From an uncultured Selenomonadaceae bacterium (GTDB lineage: Bacteria > Bacillota > Negativicutes > Selenomonadales > Selenomonadaceae): a stretch of 59,636 bases of DNA. Position 1 is the stretch's first letter, and each line of letters starts with the position of its first letter. Location of the stretch: contig CAJOPN010000106.1 of NCBI GenBank assembly GCA_905236285.1, positions 1-59,636 on the forward strand. Direction: 5' to 3'. Of the stretch, positions 9,739 to 18,617 are shown one piece after another. The position numbers and the translations under genes are program-made. The notes under the pieces are model-generated. The model was given only the letters and a program-made list of their open reading frames with translations, was not told the DNA's origin and did not search any database.

Positions 9739-10369
9739 AACTGTAGAGGCAGGAAAAATATTTGAGGCGGAATATGAAATAAATAAATCGAAATTTATAG
9801 CGACGGTCAAACAAGTTGAAGATGAAAATTCGGCACGAGAATTTTTAATGACAATCAAGAAAAAATATTACGATGCGACACATAATTGTTCGGCGTGGAT
9901 AATCGGAGCGAACGGAGAAAAACAAAAATCGAATGATGACGGAGAACCGGGAGGAACTGCAGGCAATCCAATTTTGGAGACGATTAAAAAAAATGAACTG
10001 GTCAATGTAATTGTAATCGTAACGAGATATTTTGGCGGCATAAAATTGGGAGCAGGCGGTTTGATTCGTGCTTATTCTCATTGTGCATCACTCGGTTTAA
10101 ATTCTTCAAAAATCGTTACAATGACACCTGTGCAAAAATTAAAAATTACGATTGAATATAATTTTCTGGCAAGTGCCGAGAATTGGATCAGAAATAATAA
10201 TTTGCGACTTGAAAAAATTGATTATGCAGAAGATGTGACATTGAATTTATTATTATTGCCTGAAGAAATTGAAAAGCGATTGAATGAAATTACAGATTTA
10301 ACATCAGCGAATTTTAAAAGTGAATTGTCTGAAGAAATTTTAATTGCCGTCGAAGAAAATAGAAGGTGA
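9725..10369 (+). CDS. yigZ: YigZ/IMPACT family protein (UPF0029)
   Basis: INKSKFIATV, ATHNCSAWIIG, DDGEPGGTAGNPIL, TRYFGGIKLGAGGLIRAY. ATG 9725 is preferred over the track start 9695 (which lies inside addB) because the N-terminus then matches Bacillus YvyE-type proteins. Confidence 0.85.
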   Translation: MKKYKTVEAGKIFEAEYEINKSKFIATVKQVEDENSAREFLMTIKKKYYDATHNCSAWIIGANGEKQKSNDDGEPGGTAGNPILETIKKNELVNVIVIVTRYFGGIKLGAGGLIRAYSHCASLGLNSSKIVTMTPVQKLKITIEYNFLASAENWIRNNNLRLEKIDYAEDVTLNLLLLPEEIEKRLNEITDLTSANFKSELSEEILIAVEENRR

Positions 10370-10374
10370 ATTTT

Positions 10375-11523
10375 ATGAAAAAAATAGCAGTACTCGGCTC
10401 GACAGGTTCAATCGGAACTCAAGCTCTCGATGTCGTAAGAAATCATTTGAATGAATTAAAAATTTCAGTCCTTGCCGCAAATTCAAATGACGAACTTCTC
10501 GAAAAACAAATTGAAGAATTTACACCAAAAGCAGCAGTACTGGCAGATGAAACGGCATATCAAAGACTGAAAGCGAGATACAAAAATAAAACGACAAAAC
10601 TTTTCGGAGGACGACAAGCATTTATAGACGCGGCGGCTTTCGATGAAGTTGAAATTGTCTTGACATCAATGCTCGGATTTTCGGGACTTGAGCCGACATT
10701 GAAAGCAATCGACGCGGGAAAAAATATTGCACTTGCCAACAAAGAAACTTTGGTCGTCGCAGGTGAAATTGTCATCAAACGAGCTGCCGAAAAAAATATT
10801 AAAATTTTGCCGGTTGACAGCGAACACGGTGCATTTTTTCAATGTCTGCAGGGAGAAAATCGAAAATCCATCAAAAAATTATTGCTTACTGCATCGGGAG
10901 GACCATTCAGAGGAAAAAATTTTAATGAATTGCAAAGTGTAACCGTCGATCAAGTTTTGTCTCATCCTACTTGGAACATGGGAAAAAAAATTACAGTCGA
11001 TTCGGCTACACTCGTCAATAAAGGTCTTGAAGTCATTGAGGCAAAATTTCTTTATGGAGTCGATTACAATCAAATTCAAGTCGTGGTTCATCCTCAATCA
11101 ATAATTCATTCAATGGTAGAATTTTGCGACAACTCAATTATTGCACAGCTTGCCTCAGCCGATATGAGATTACCTATTCAATACGCGCTGACTTATCCTG
11201 AAAGAATTTTTTCATCAACAGAAAGTTTGGATTTTTGGAAAATAAAATCATTGACATTTGAAAAACCTGACGTTGAAACTTTTAAAGGATTGAAATTTGC
11301 ATATGAGGCAGGAAAAACAGGCGGAACTGCTCCATGTATTTTTAATGCGGCAAATGAAATTGCAGTTGAAAAATTTTTAAACGGCGAAATAAAATTTTTG
11401 GACATTTATAAGATAATCGAAGAAGTTTTGAATCGGCGCGAAATAATTTTTAATCCCGATCTTGAAACTTTAATTGCCGAAGATAAAATTTCTCGTTCAA
11501 TCGCAAAAAATTTAATTGTGTGA
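10375..11523 (+). CDS. dxr: 1-deoxy-D-xylulose 5-phosphate reductoisomerase
   Basis: KKIAVLGSTGSIGTQALDV, LANKETLV, DSEHGAFFQC, HPTWNMGKKITVDSATLVNKGLEVIEA. ATG 10375 lies 6 nt after AAGGTG. Confidence 0.95.
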   Translation: MKKIAVLGSTGSIGTQALDVVRNHLNELKISVLAANSNDELLEKQIEEFTPKAAVLADETAYQRLKARYKNKTTKLFGGRQAFIDAAAFDEVEIVLTSMLGFSGLEPTLKAIDAGKNIALANKETLVVAGEIVIKRAAEKNIKILPVDSEHGAFFQCLQGENRKSIKKLLLTASGGPFRGKNFNELQSVTVDQVLSHPTWNMGKKITVDSATLVNKGLEVIEAKFLYGVDYNQIQVVVHPQSIIHSMVEFCDNSIIAQLASADMRLPIQYALTYPERIFSSTESLDFWKIKSLTFEKPDVETFKGLKFAYEAGKTGGTAPCIFNAANEIAVEKFLNGEIKFLDIYKIIEEVLNRREIIFNPDLETLIAEDKISRSIAKNLIV

Positions 11524-11593
11524 TATAATAAAAAAAAATTTTTGAATTATGAATTTAAATTTGATTTGTAATTCATTTTTAATTTGTAATTAA

Positions 11594-11622
11594 TTGTTAT
11601 TTAATCTTCGACGCTGTATAAT
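11594..11622 (+). promoter_or_regulatory. Sigma-A promoter candidate with extended -10
   Basis: TTGTTA (11594-11599), 17-nt spacer ending in TG, TATAAT (11617-11622). It lies upstream of the exported repeat protein gene. Confidence 0.5.
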
Positions 11623-11661
11623 AAAGGAGGAAATAAAATTTTTGATTGGAGGTTGACGAAA

Positions 11662-12240
11662 ATGAAAATAAAAGAACTAATGTTGAGCTGTTTTTTTACA
11701 ATCGGCTTGATGTTTATGAATTTAAATATTTCAAATGCAGAAATTATAGAGCAGACAGTCGAGGCTGTGGGAGAATACAGACTCGGAGACAATGACACGC
11801 GAGCACAAGCAAAAGATTTGGCACTTTCCGATGCAAAAAGAGTTGCCGCCGAAAAAGTTCTTGTATACGTAAAAACAAATTCAAATATTGAAAACTATGA
11901 AGTAATAAAAGACAGCATTGAAACATACACGCAGGCAAAAATGCAAATTCTAGATCAAAAATATTCGTTCACGGGCGAGGAAGGAACAATTTGCCAGGCG
12001 AATATAGTTGCGAATGTTAAAATTGACATTGATGAAATAGAACGTCAGCACAGAGAAGAAGAGCAGCGCAAAATTGATGAGCAGCGTCGCAAAGATGAAG
12101 AGGAACAAAGAAAAATTGATGAGCAGCGTCGTCAAGAAGAGGAACAGCGTCAAAGAGAGGAACAAAAAAAGAATGAACGACAAAATCGCGACACAGATAT
12201 TTTAAAAACTATAATAGCGGTTGTGCTTGATAAAATTTAA
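11662..12240 (+). CDS. Exported hypothetical protein with a C-terminal charged E/Q/R/K repeat region
   Basis: Signal peptide MKIKELMLSCFFTIGLMFMNLNISNA/E. GGAGG lies 9 nt upstream of ATG 11662. The C-terminus carries EEEQRKIDEQRRKD-type 14-aa repeats. Inserted between dxr and rseP. Confidence 0.7.
   Translation: MKIKELMLSCFFTIGLMFMNLNISNAEIIEQTVEAVGEYRLGDNDTRAQAKDLALSDAKRVAAEKVLVYVKTNSNIENYEVIKDSIETYTQAKMQILDQKYSFTGEEGTICQANIVANVKIDIDEIERQHREEEQRKIDEQRRKDEEEQRKIDEQRRQEEEQRQREEQKKNERQNRDTDILKTIIAVVLDKI
12055..12177 (+). repeat. Imperfect 42-nt (14-codon) tandem repeats encoding EEEQRKIDEQRRKD / EEEQRKIDEQRRQE / EEQRQREEQKKNE
   Basis: Read directly: gaagaagagcagcgcaaaattgatgagcagcgtcgcaaagat, then gaagaggaacaaagaaaaattgatgagcagcgtcgtcaagaa, then a degenerate third unit. 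Confidence 0.8.
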
Positions 12241-12253
12241 GAGGTGAAAGTTT

Positions 12254-13291
12254 TTGATATTAACGATAATTTCGGCTGTATTTGTATTCGGCTTATTGGT
12301 GTTGGTGCATGAATTCGGACATTTCATCACGGCGAAAATGACGGGAATGAGAGTAGATGAATTTGCGATCGGATTTGGTCCAAAATTAATAAGTACGAGA
12401 AAAGGTGAAACGATTTATTCAATTCGCGCAATACCACTCGGCGGATTCAATGACATAGCCGGAATGGATCCGACGAACAACGAGGCAGGAAGTCGCGGTT
12501 ATTGTGAAAAGCCGGTCTTGTCTCGAATGATTGTAATACTCGCCGGTTCAGCGATGAATTTTGTGTTGCCGGTGATTTTATTTTTCGGAATATTTTTCTT
12601 TGCCGGAGTTGACGAGCCGTCGCCTGAACCTGTTATCGGCAATGTCATTGAAGGAAAAGCAGCAGAAGTTGCAGGATTAAAAAGCGGCGACAGAATTATC
12701 AGCGTCAATGGAAACGAGGTAAAAACTTGGACAGATTTTACAAGTCAACTTCAAAACATGGACGAAAATACAAATGTAAATCTTTCATATGAACGTGACG
12801 GAAATATTTCGGAAACTTTACTTCAGCCGACTTATGACAAATCAAGCAAAAGATTTTTAATCGGTGTACAAAGTGATGTGATTCATCACGACGCAGGATT
12901 TTTTGAGTCAATCAAACTTGCTCTTCAACGAACATTTGAAATAATTGCAATGATGTTGCACGGCTTGAAAGAAATATTTATGAGTCCGTCGCAGGCAGAA
13001 CTTGCAGGACCGATCGGAATAGCGCAAATGGCAGGAAAAGTTGCAGAGACAGGATTTGTTCCGCTGTTAAATTTCGCCGCGCTTTTGAGTTTAAATCTCG
13101 GAATAATAAATTTATTGCCTGTTCCTGCTCTCGACGGCGGTCATTTCGTAACGCTTGCACTTGAAGCAGTAAGAGGAAAACCGCTCGGACCGAAAGCAAT
13201 TATTTATGCTCAAAGAGTAGGTGTTGTTTTGCTCCTTCTTTTAATGCTTTTCGCAACAAAAAATGATATTGTCCGCGTATTTTTCAGTTAA
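12254..13291 (+). CDS. rseP: RIP (site-2) zinc metalloprotease RseP/RasP
   Basis: HEFGHF zinc motif, central PDZ (GLKSGDRIISVNG), NLLPVPALDGGH. TTG start after GAGGTG. Confidence 0.93.
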   Translation: MILTIISAVFVFGLLVLVHEFGHFITAKMTGMRVDEFAIGFGPKLISTRKGETIYSIRAIPLGGFNDIAGMDPTNNEAGSRGYCEKPVLSRMIVILAGSAMNFVLPVILFFGIFFFAGVDEPSPEPVIGNVIEGKAAEVAGLKSGDRIISVNGNEVKTWTDFTSQLQNMDENTNVNLSYERDGNISETLLQPTYDKSSKRFLIGVQSDVIHHDAGFFESIKLALQRTFEIIAMMLHGLKEIFMSPSQAELAGPIGIAQMAGKVAETGFVPLLNFAALLSLNLGIINLLPVPALDGGHFVTLALEAVRGKPLGPKAIIYAQRVGVVLLLLLMLFATKNDIVRVFFS

Positions 13292-13317
13292 ATTTTTTTA
13301 AATTTTGAGGTGATGAA

Positions 13318-13791
13318 ATGTTTATTGGAACGATTGACAATTTAAAAAGTTATCTTCATCAGCCGATTCTTATTGAAGTATTAAAATATCTCAAGACAAC
13401 CGATTTTTCAAAGAAAGAAACCGGCGAATATCAACTTGACGACAAAGAAATAAAAGTAATAATAGATCGTTACGAGACGAAAAAATCAGAAGAGGCAAAA
13501 CCGGAGACGCATATAAAAAATATTGATTTTCAATTTATCGTTGAAGGCGAAGAGTCATTGGGATGGTGTCCGCTGAGTCCCGATCTTGAAATTGCCGAAG
13601 AATACGATGAAAAAAATGACGTAACTTTTTACAAAAAATTAGTTCCTGAAAGCTGCGTTATTTTGACCAAAGGTAATTTTGTCGTCCTCTATCCGGATGA
13701 TGTTCATTCTCCTTGTGTTTCGATTGATGAAAATGAACCGTCAAAAGTGACAAAAGTTATTTTAAAAATTCCCGTTAATCTTTTGCAGTAA
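13318..13791 (+). CDS. YhcH/YjgK/YiaL (DUF386) family protein
   Basis: 157 aa. ETHIKNIDFQFIVEGEE ... LYPDDVHSP pattern typical of this cupin-like family. Confidence 0.7.
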   Translation: MFIGTIDNLKSYLHQPILIEVLKYLKTTDFSKKETGEYQLDDKEIKVIIDRYETKKSEEAKPETHIKNIDFQFIVEGEESLGWCPLSPDLEIAEEYDEKNDVTFYKKLVPESCVILTKGNFVVLYPDDVHSPCVSIDENEPSKVTKVILKIPVNLLQ

Positions 13792-13805
13792 TTGGAGCGA
13801 ATGAA

Positions 13806-16800
13806 ATGAACGTAAGAAGGATATTTGTCGAAAAACGAAAAAATTTTGATGTTCCGGCACAACAAATGCTTGATGATTTACGTGAAACATTGGAGATTGA
13901 CAATTTAAAAAATTTGAGACTTTTTCAGCGTTATGACATTGAAGGACTTGACGAAAATGAATTTGAATCCGTAAAAAAAATTGTCTTCAGCGAACCGCCT
14001 GTTGATTCAATTTTTGAGGAAAATCTTCCGAAGATTGACAACGCTGAAATTTTTGCGATTGAATATTTGCCGGGACAATATGATCAGCGAGCCGATTCCG
14101 CCGCTCAATGTGTGCAGCTTGTTACTGGAAAGGAACGGCCGACAATTAAAACGGCGCAGGTTATTGCATTAATCGGGGACGTAAGCCGGCAAGACGTTGA
14201 AAAAATAAAAAAATATTTGATAAATTCAATCGAAAGCCGCGAGGCAAAATTTGAAAAACCGACGACATTAAAAATTAAAACAAAAGAACCTGCCGACGTT
14301 GAAATTTTAAACGTCTTTAATAATCTTAATGATTCCGAGCTTGATAATTTTTTGAAATTGCGCGGTTTTGCGATGAGTTTTGACGATTTAAAATTCTGTC
14401 AAAAATATTTTCGCGAAACTGAAAAGAGACCTCCGACAATTACCGAATTGAAAGTAATAGATACATATTGGAGCGATCATTGCAGACATACAACCTTCAC
14501 GACTGCGATTGATGAAATTGTTTTTGAAGGAGTTGACGACAAAGATCCGAAATTTTATATTCCCGCAATAATGAATGCATACAAACAATTTTTGGCGGAT
14601 CGAAGCAAACTTTACGGCTCACATTCGGGACGAGCAATTTCATTGATGGAAATAGCAACGCTCGGAACAAAAAGCCTTCGTTATGACGGAATGCTGCCTG
14701 ATTTGGACGTATCGGAAGAAATAAATGCCTGCAGTTTCATCACACAAATTGAAGTTGACGGGAAATTTGAAGATTGGCTGATTATGTTTAAAAATGAAAC
14801 GCACAATCACCCGACTGAAATTGAACCGTTCGGAGGTGCGGCGACATGTTTGGGCGGAGCAATTCGTGACCCGTTAAGCGGTCGCTCATATGTTTATCAA
14901 GCAATGCGTGTTACGGGTGCGGCTGATCCTCGTCGTCCGATCTCAGAAACTTTGCAGGGAAAATTGCCTCAGAAAAAAATTACACGCGGAGCGGCTCAAG
15001 GTTATTCGTCATACGGAAATCAAATCGGAATAGCAACGGGACAAGTTCACGAAATTTATCACGAAGGATATTTGGCTAAAAGAATGGAAATCGGCGCGGT
15101 AGTCGGAGCAGTTCCAAAAGAAAATGTAATTCGACAAAAACCGATCGCAGGTGACATTGTAATTTTGCTCGGAGGAAGAACCGGACGAGACGGAATAGGA
15201 GGAGCAACAGGTTCAAGCAAAGAGCACACGACCGAATCAATAACAACTGCAGGAAGTGAAGTTCAAAAAGGAAATCCGCCGACTGAAAGAAAAATTCAAA
15301 GACTTTTCCGCAATCCGAATGTTTCAAAATTAATTAAGCGTTGCAATGATTTCGGAGCAGGAGGAGTATCGGTCGCAATCGGTGAACTTGCAAGCGGACT
15401 TGAAATAAATCTTGATGCCGTCAAAAAAAAGTATGAAGGTCTCGACGGCACCGAACTTGCAATTTCGGAAAGTCAGGAACGAATGGCAGTTGTTTTGAGT
15501 CCGAATGATGTTGAGACTTTTAAAAAATTTGCAGACGAAGAAAATTTAGAGACAACTGAAGTGGCGGTTGTCACCGATGAAAAACGTTTGGTAATGAATT
15601 GGCGAGGCAAAAAAATTGTTGACGTGAGCAGAGATTTTTTTGATACAAACGGAGTGCGTCAACATATTACGGCACATATTCATTCATCTGAAAAATTTAT
15701 TCCTCTGCTCGAAACGAATAATATTAAATATGAATGGCTGAAAAATCTCAAAGATTTAAATGTTTGCAGTCAAAAAGGATTGGCTGAAAGATTTGATTCA
15801 ACGATCGGAGCGGCGACAGTTTTAATGCCGTTCGGCGGAAAAAATCAGTTGACACCGGCTGAAGGAATGGTTGCGAAAATTCCCGTTGACGGAAAAACAA
15901 ATTTTGCAACTGCCATGACTTTCGGATTTGATCCTTACGTTGCGGAATGGAGTCCTTTTCACGGAGCGATTGACGCTGTAACTGCATCATTGACTAAACT
16001 TGTTGCACTCGGAGCGGATTTCAGAAAGGCTTATCTTTCATTGCAGGAATATTTTGAACGGCTCGGCGATGATCCCGACAAATGGGGAAAACCTGTCAGC
16101 GCATTGCTCGGAGCATTCAGCGCACAAAAAGGATTCGGAATTGCGGCAATCGGCGGCAAAGATTCAATGAGCGGCACTTTTGAAAATTTGAGTGTTCCGC
16201 CTACTTTGGTTTCGTTCGCTGTTGCTGTCGTCGATTCCGATAAAATTATTTCTCCTGAATTTAAAGCTCCAAATCACAAAATTTATTTTATACCTTCGTC
16301 GCGTGACAAATTCGGTGTTCCGATTTATAAAACTTTGAAAATTAATTTCCGAAAAGTTCACGATCTCATTAATGAAGGAAAAATTATTTCGGCCTCTGCA
16401 GTCGGACACGGCGGAATTGCGGCCTCTGTTTCAAAAATGGCTGTCGGCAATGACATTGGTTTCACTTTCAATAAGATAAAAATGTCGCTTGATGAATTTT
16501 TTAATTGGCGTGACGGCAGCTTGATTGTCGAGGCGGCTGACGATGTTGATTTAAGTGATGTTGAAAATTTTGTCGAACTCGGCAAGACGACGGCTGAACC
16601 TGAAATTATTTTTTGTGATACAACAATTTTACTTGATGAAATTAAATCGGCTTACACTTCAACACTTGAAAAAATCTTTCCAACAAAAGTAAATTCCTAT
16701 TCTGAAATTGAAACTCGTAATGGAAAAAATAATTCAAATTTAAATGAGAAGAAAAATAAATCGACATTCAGCATTAAAAATTCATCATTGAAAATTTTTA

Positions 16801-17582
16801 TTCCCGTCTTTCCCGGTACAAATTGCGAATATGACAGCGCGAAGGCTTGGCGAGAGGCAGGCGGCGAACCCGATATTTTTGTTATTCGCAATCTTACTCC
16901 TTCAGCGGTTGAAGAAAGTATTGAGGCTGTCGTCAAAAAAATAAATTCTTCACAGATTATAATGCTGCCTGGAGGATTCAGCGGAGGAGATGAACCTGAC
17001 GGAAGTGGAAAATTTATTGCGGCAATGTTCCGTCAACCGAAAATTTCTGAGGCTGTCATGGAACTTTTAAATAAACGCGACGGATTAATTTTAGGAATTT
17101 GCAACGGCTTTCAGGCATTATTGAAACTTGGTCTTCTTCCTTACGGTGAAATTCGTCCGCTTGATGAATTTTCTCCGACTCTCACTCATAATAATTTGGG
17201 TCGTCATGTGAGTTGCATGGTCAATACTCGAATCACTTCAAACAATTCTGCCTGGCTTTCAAATTTCAAAGTCGGCGACGTTCATACAATCGCAGTCAGT
17301 CACGGCGAAGGAAGATTTTTTGCAAATAACGATTGGCTTGAAAAACTCGCGGCGAACGGACAAATTGCAACTCAATATGTCGATGAAAGTAATAATCCGA
17401 CTATGAATCTTCCTTTCAATCCGAACGGTTCGATTGCGGCGATTGAAGGAATAACGAGCATTGACGGCAGAATTTTCGGCAAGATGGGACATTCCGAACG
17501 TCGTGGCGATAATCTTTACAAAAATATTTTCGGCAATAAAAATCAATCAATTTTTGAAAACGGAATAAATTATTTCAAATAA
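13806..17582 (+). CDS. purL: Phosphoribosylformylglycinamidine synthase, single-chain large form
   Basis: 1258 aa. NETHNHPTEIEPFGGAATCLGGAIRD, duplicated AIR-synthase-like domains, and a C-terminal glutaminase (GICNGFQAL, VSHGEGRF). Confidence 0.95.
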   Translation: MNVRRIFVEKRKNFDVPAQQMLDDLRETLEIDNLKNLRLFQRYDIEGLDENEFESVKKIVFSEPPVDSIFEENLPKIDNAEIFAIEYLPGQYDQRADSAAQCVQLVTGKERPTIKTAQVIALIGDVSRQDVEKIKKYLINSIESREAKFEKPTTLKIKTKEPADVEILNVFNNLNDSELDNFLKLRGFAMSFDDLKFCQKYFRETEKRPPTITELKVIDTYWSDHCRHTTFTTAIDEIVFEGVDDKDPKFYIPAIMNAYKQFLADRSKLYGSHSGRAISLMEIATLGTKSLRYDGMLPDLDVSEEINACSFITQIEVDGKFEDWLIMFKNETHNHPTEIEPFGGAATCLGGAIRDPLSGRSYVYQAMRVTGAADPRRPISETLQGKLPQKKITRGAAQGYSSYGNQIGIATGQVHEIYHEGYLAKRMEIGAVVGAVPKENVIRQKPIAGDIVILLGGRTGRDGIGGATGSSKEHTTESITTAGSEVQKGNPPTERKIQRLFRNPNVSKLIKRCNDFGAGGVSVAIGELASGLEINLDAVKKKYEGLDGTELAISESQERMAVVLSPNDVETFKKFADEENLETTEVAVVTDEKRLVMNWRGKKIVDVSRDFFDTNGVRQHITAHIHSSEKFIPLLETNNIKYEWLKNLKDLNVCSQKGLAERFDSTIGAATVLMPFGGKNQLTPAEGMVAKIPVDGKTNFATAMTFGFDPYVAEWSPFHGAIDAVTASLTKLVALGADFRKAYLSLQEYFERLGDDPDKWGKPVSALLGAFSAQKGFGIAAIGGKDSMSGTFENLSVPPTLVSFAVAVVDSDKIISPEFKAPNHKIYFIPSSRDKFGVPIYKTLKINFRKVHDLINEGKIISASAVGHGGIAASVSKMAVGNDIGFTFNKIKMSLDEFFNWRDGSLIVEAADDVDLSDVENFVELGKTTAEPEIIFCDTTILLDEIKSAYTSTLEKIFPTKVNSYSEIETRNGKNNSNLNEKKNKSTFSIKNSSLKIFIPVFPGTNCEYDSAKAWREAGGEPDIFVIRNLTPSAVEESIEAVVKKINSSQIIMLPGGFSGGDEPDGSGKFIAAMFRQPKISEAVMELLNKRDGLILGICNGFQALLKLGLLPYGEIRPLDEFSPTLTHNNLGRHVSCMVNTRITSNNSAWLSNFKVGDVHTIAVSHGEGRFFANNDWLEKLAANGQIATQYVDESNNPTMNLPFNPNGSIAAIEGITSIDGRIFGKMGHSERRGDNLYKNIFGNKNQSIFENGINYFK

Positions 17583-17601
17583 AAAATTTTTTCAATAAAA
17601 A

Positions 17602-17632
17602 AGCAGGTTTTCAATCGCCTGCTGTTTTTTTA
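17602..17632. terminator. Hairpin terminator between convergent purL and the VOC gene
   Basis: AGCAGG (17602-17607), 10-nt loop, CCTGCT (17618-17623), then a T-run. An A-run upstream makes it usable from both strands. Confidence 0.7.
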
Positions 17633-17646
17633 TTATTTTTTTTAAT

Positions 17647-18015
17647 TCATTCCGGCAAAATTTCAATCCAATAGCCGTCGGGATCATTTATAAAATAAAT
17701 TCCCATTGCCTCATTTTCGTAACAAATACAATTCATTTTTTTATGCAATTCGTGTGCCTTATCAAAATTTTTTGTCGTCATTGCAAGATGAAATTCATTG
17801 TCGCCGAGATTGTACGGTTCTTTACGATCTTTGAGCCATGTAAGTTCCAAAAGATGTTGACTTTGTTTGTGATCGCCGAGATAAACGAGAATGAAATTTC
17901 CCGCATTCATTCGGCTGACTTCTTCCAAATTCAAAGCCTCTTTATAAAATTTTAAACTTCTTTCCAAATTCAAGACATTCAAATTATTGTGAGCAAATTT
18001 AAACATTGAAAACAC
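17647..18015 (-). CDS. VOC family protein, glyoxalase I-like
   Basis: 122 aa. FAHNNLNVLNLERSLKFYKEALNL ... HLAM ... DPDGYWIEI are typical glyoxalase/bleomycin-resistance fold segments. Confidence 0.8.
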   Translation of the reverse strand: MFSMFKFAHNNLNVLNLERSLKFYKEALNLEEVSRMNAGNFILVYLGDHKQSQHLLELTWLKDRKEPYNLGDNEFHLAMTTKNFDKAHELHKKMNCICYENEAMGIYFINDPDGYWIEILPE

Positions 18016-18017
18016 CT

Positions 18018-18605
18018 CTAAATTTTATTTTCAGTTCCGTTGAGCAATCTTTTAATATTCGGTCTGTGTCTCATTACAATTAAAGTTGCCGTAAAAACTC
18101 CGAAATCGAAAAACGGCAGAGGATATTCAAAATAAACGGTTAAAATCGGAACGAGAATTGAGGAGACGATTGAACCGAGTGAAACATAACGAGTTGCAAA
18201 AACAATCGCGAGCCATACCAAAAAAACGATCAATGCAATTTCAGGCATCATTACCGTTACAACTCCCAATCCCGTTGCAACTGCTTTACCGCCTTGAAAC
18301 GCTGTAAAAATCGAAAAGACATGACCGGCAATCGCCATAACTCCGATTATCACCATTGACCACGCAGTTCCGATAAAATTCATTGCAATCAAAACCGGAA
18401 TTACACCTTTCAAAAAATCCAGAATGAAAATTAAAATCCCTGCTTTTTTCCCGAGTACTCTCCAAGCATTCGTTGCGCCGATATTTCCGCTGCCGTGTTC
18501 TCTCAAATCAACTTTCCAAAACATTTTTCCGAAAATTAAACCGTTCGGAATCGAGCCGATAAAATAACTCAGAACCAAACAAATAATCCAAGTTAAAATT
18601 TCCAT
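18018..18605 (-). CDS. plsY: Acyl-phosphate:glycerol-3-phosphate acyltransferase PlsY
   Basis: 195-aa polytopic protein with GSIPNGLI and HGSGNIGATNAWRVLG motifs. Confidence 0.93.
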   Translation of the reverse strand: MEILTWIICLVLSYFIGSIPNGLIFGKMFWKVDLREHGSGNIGATNAWRVLGKKAGILIFILDFLKGVIPVLIAMNFIGTAWSMVIIGVMAIAGHVFSIFTAFQGGKAVATGLGVVTVMMPEIALIVFLVWLAIVFATRYVSLGSIVSSILVPILTVYFEYPLPFFDFGVFTATLIVMRHRPNIKRLLNGTENKI

Positions 18606-18617
18606 TGAATCACCTCG

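Noticed and set aside
13806-17582. Single-chain large PurL as an anomaly for a Firmicute
   Set aside because: The large form occurs in many Clostridia and Negativicutes as well as in Gram-negatives, so it is not unusual enough to report.
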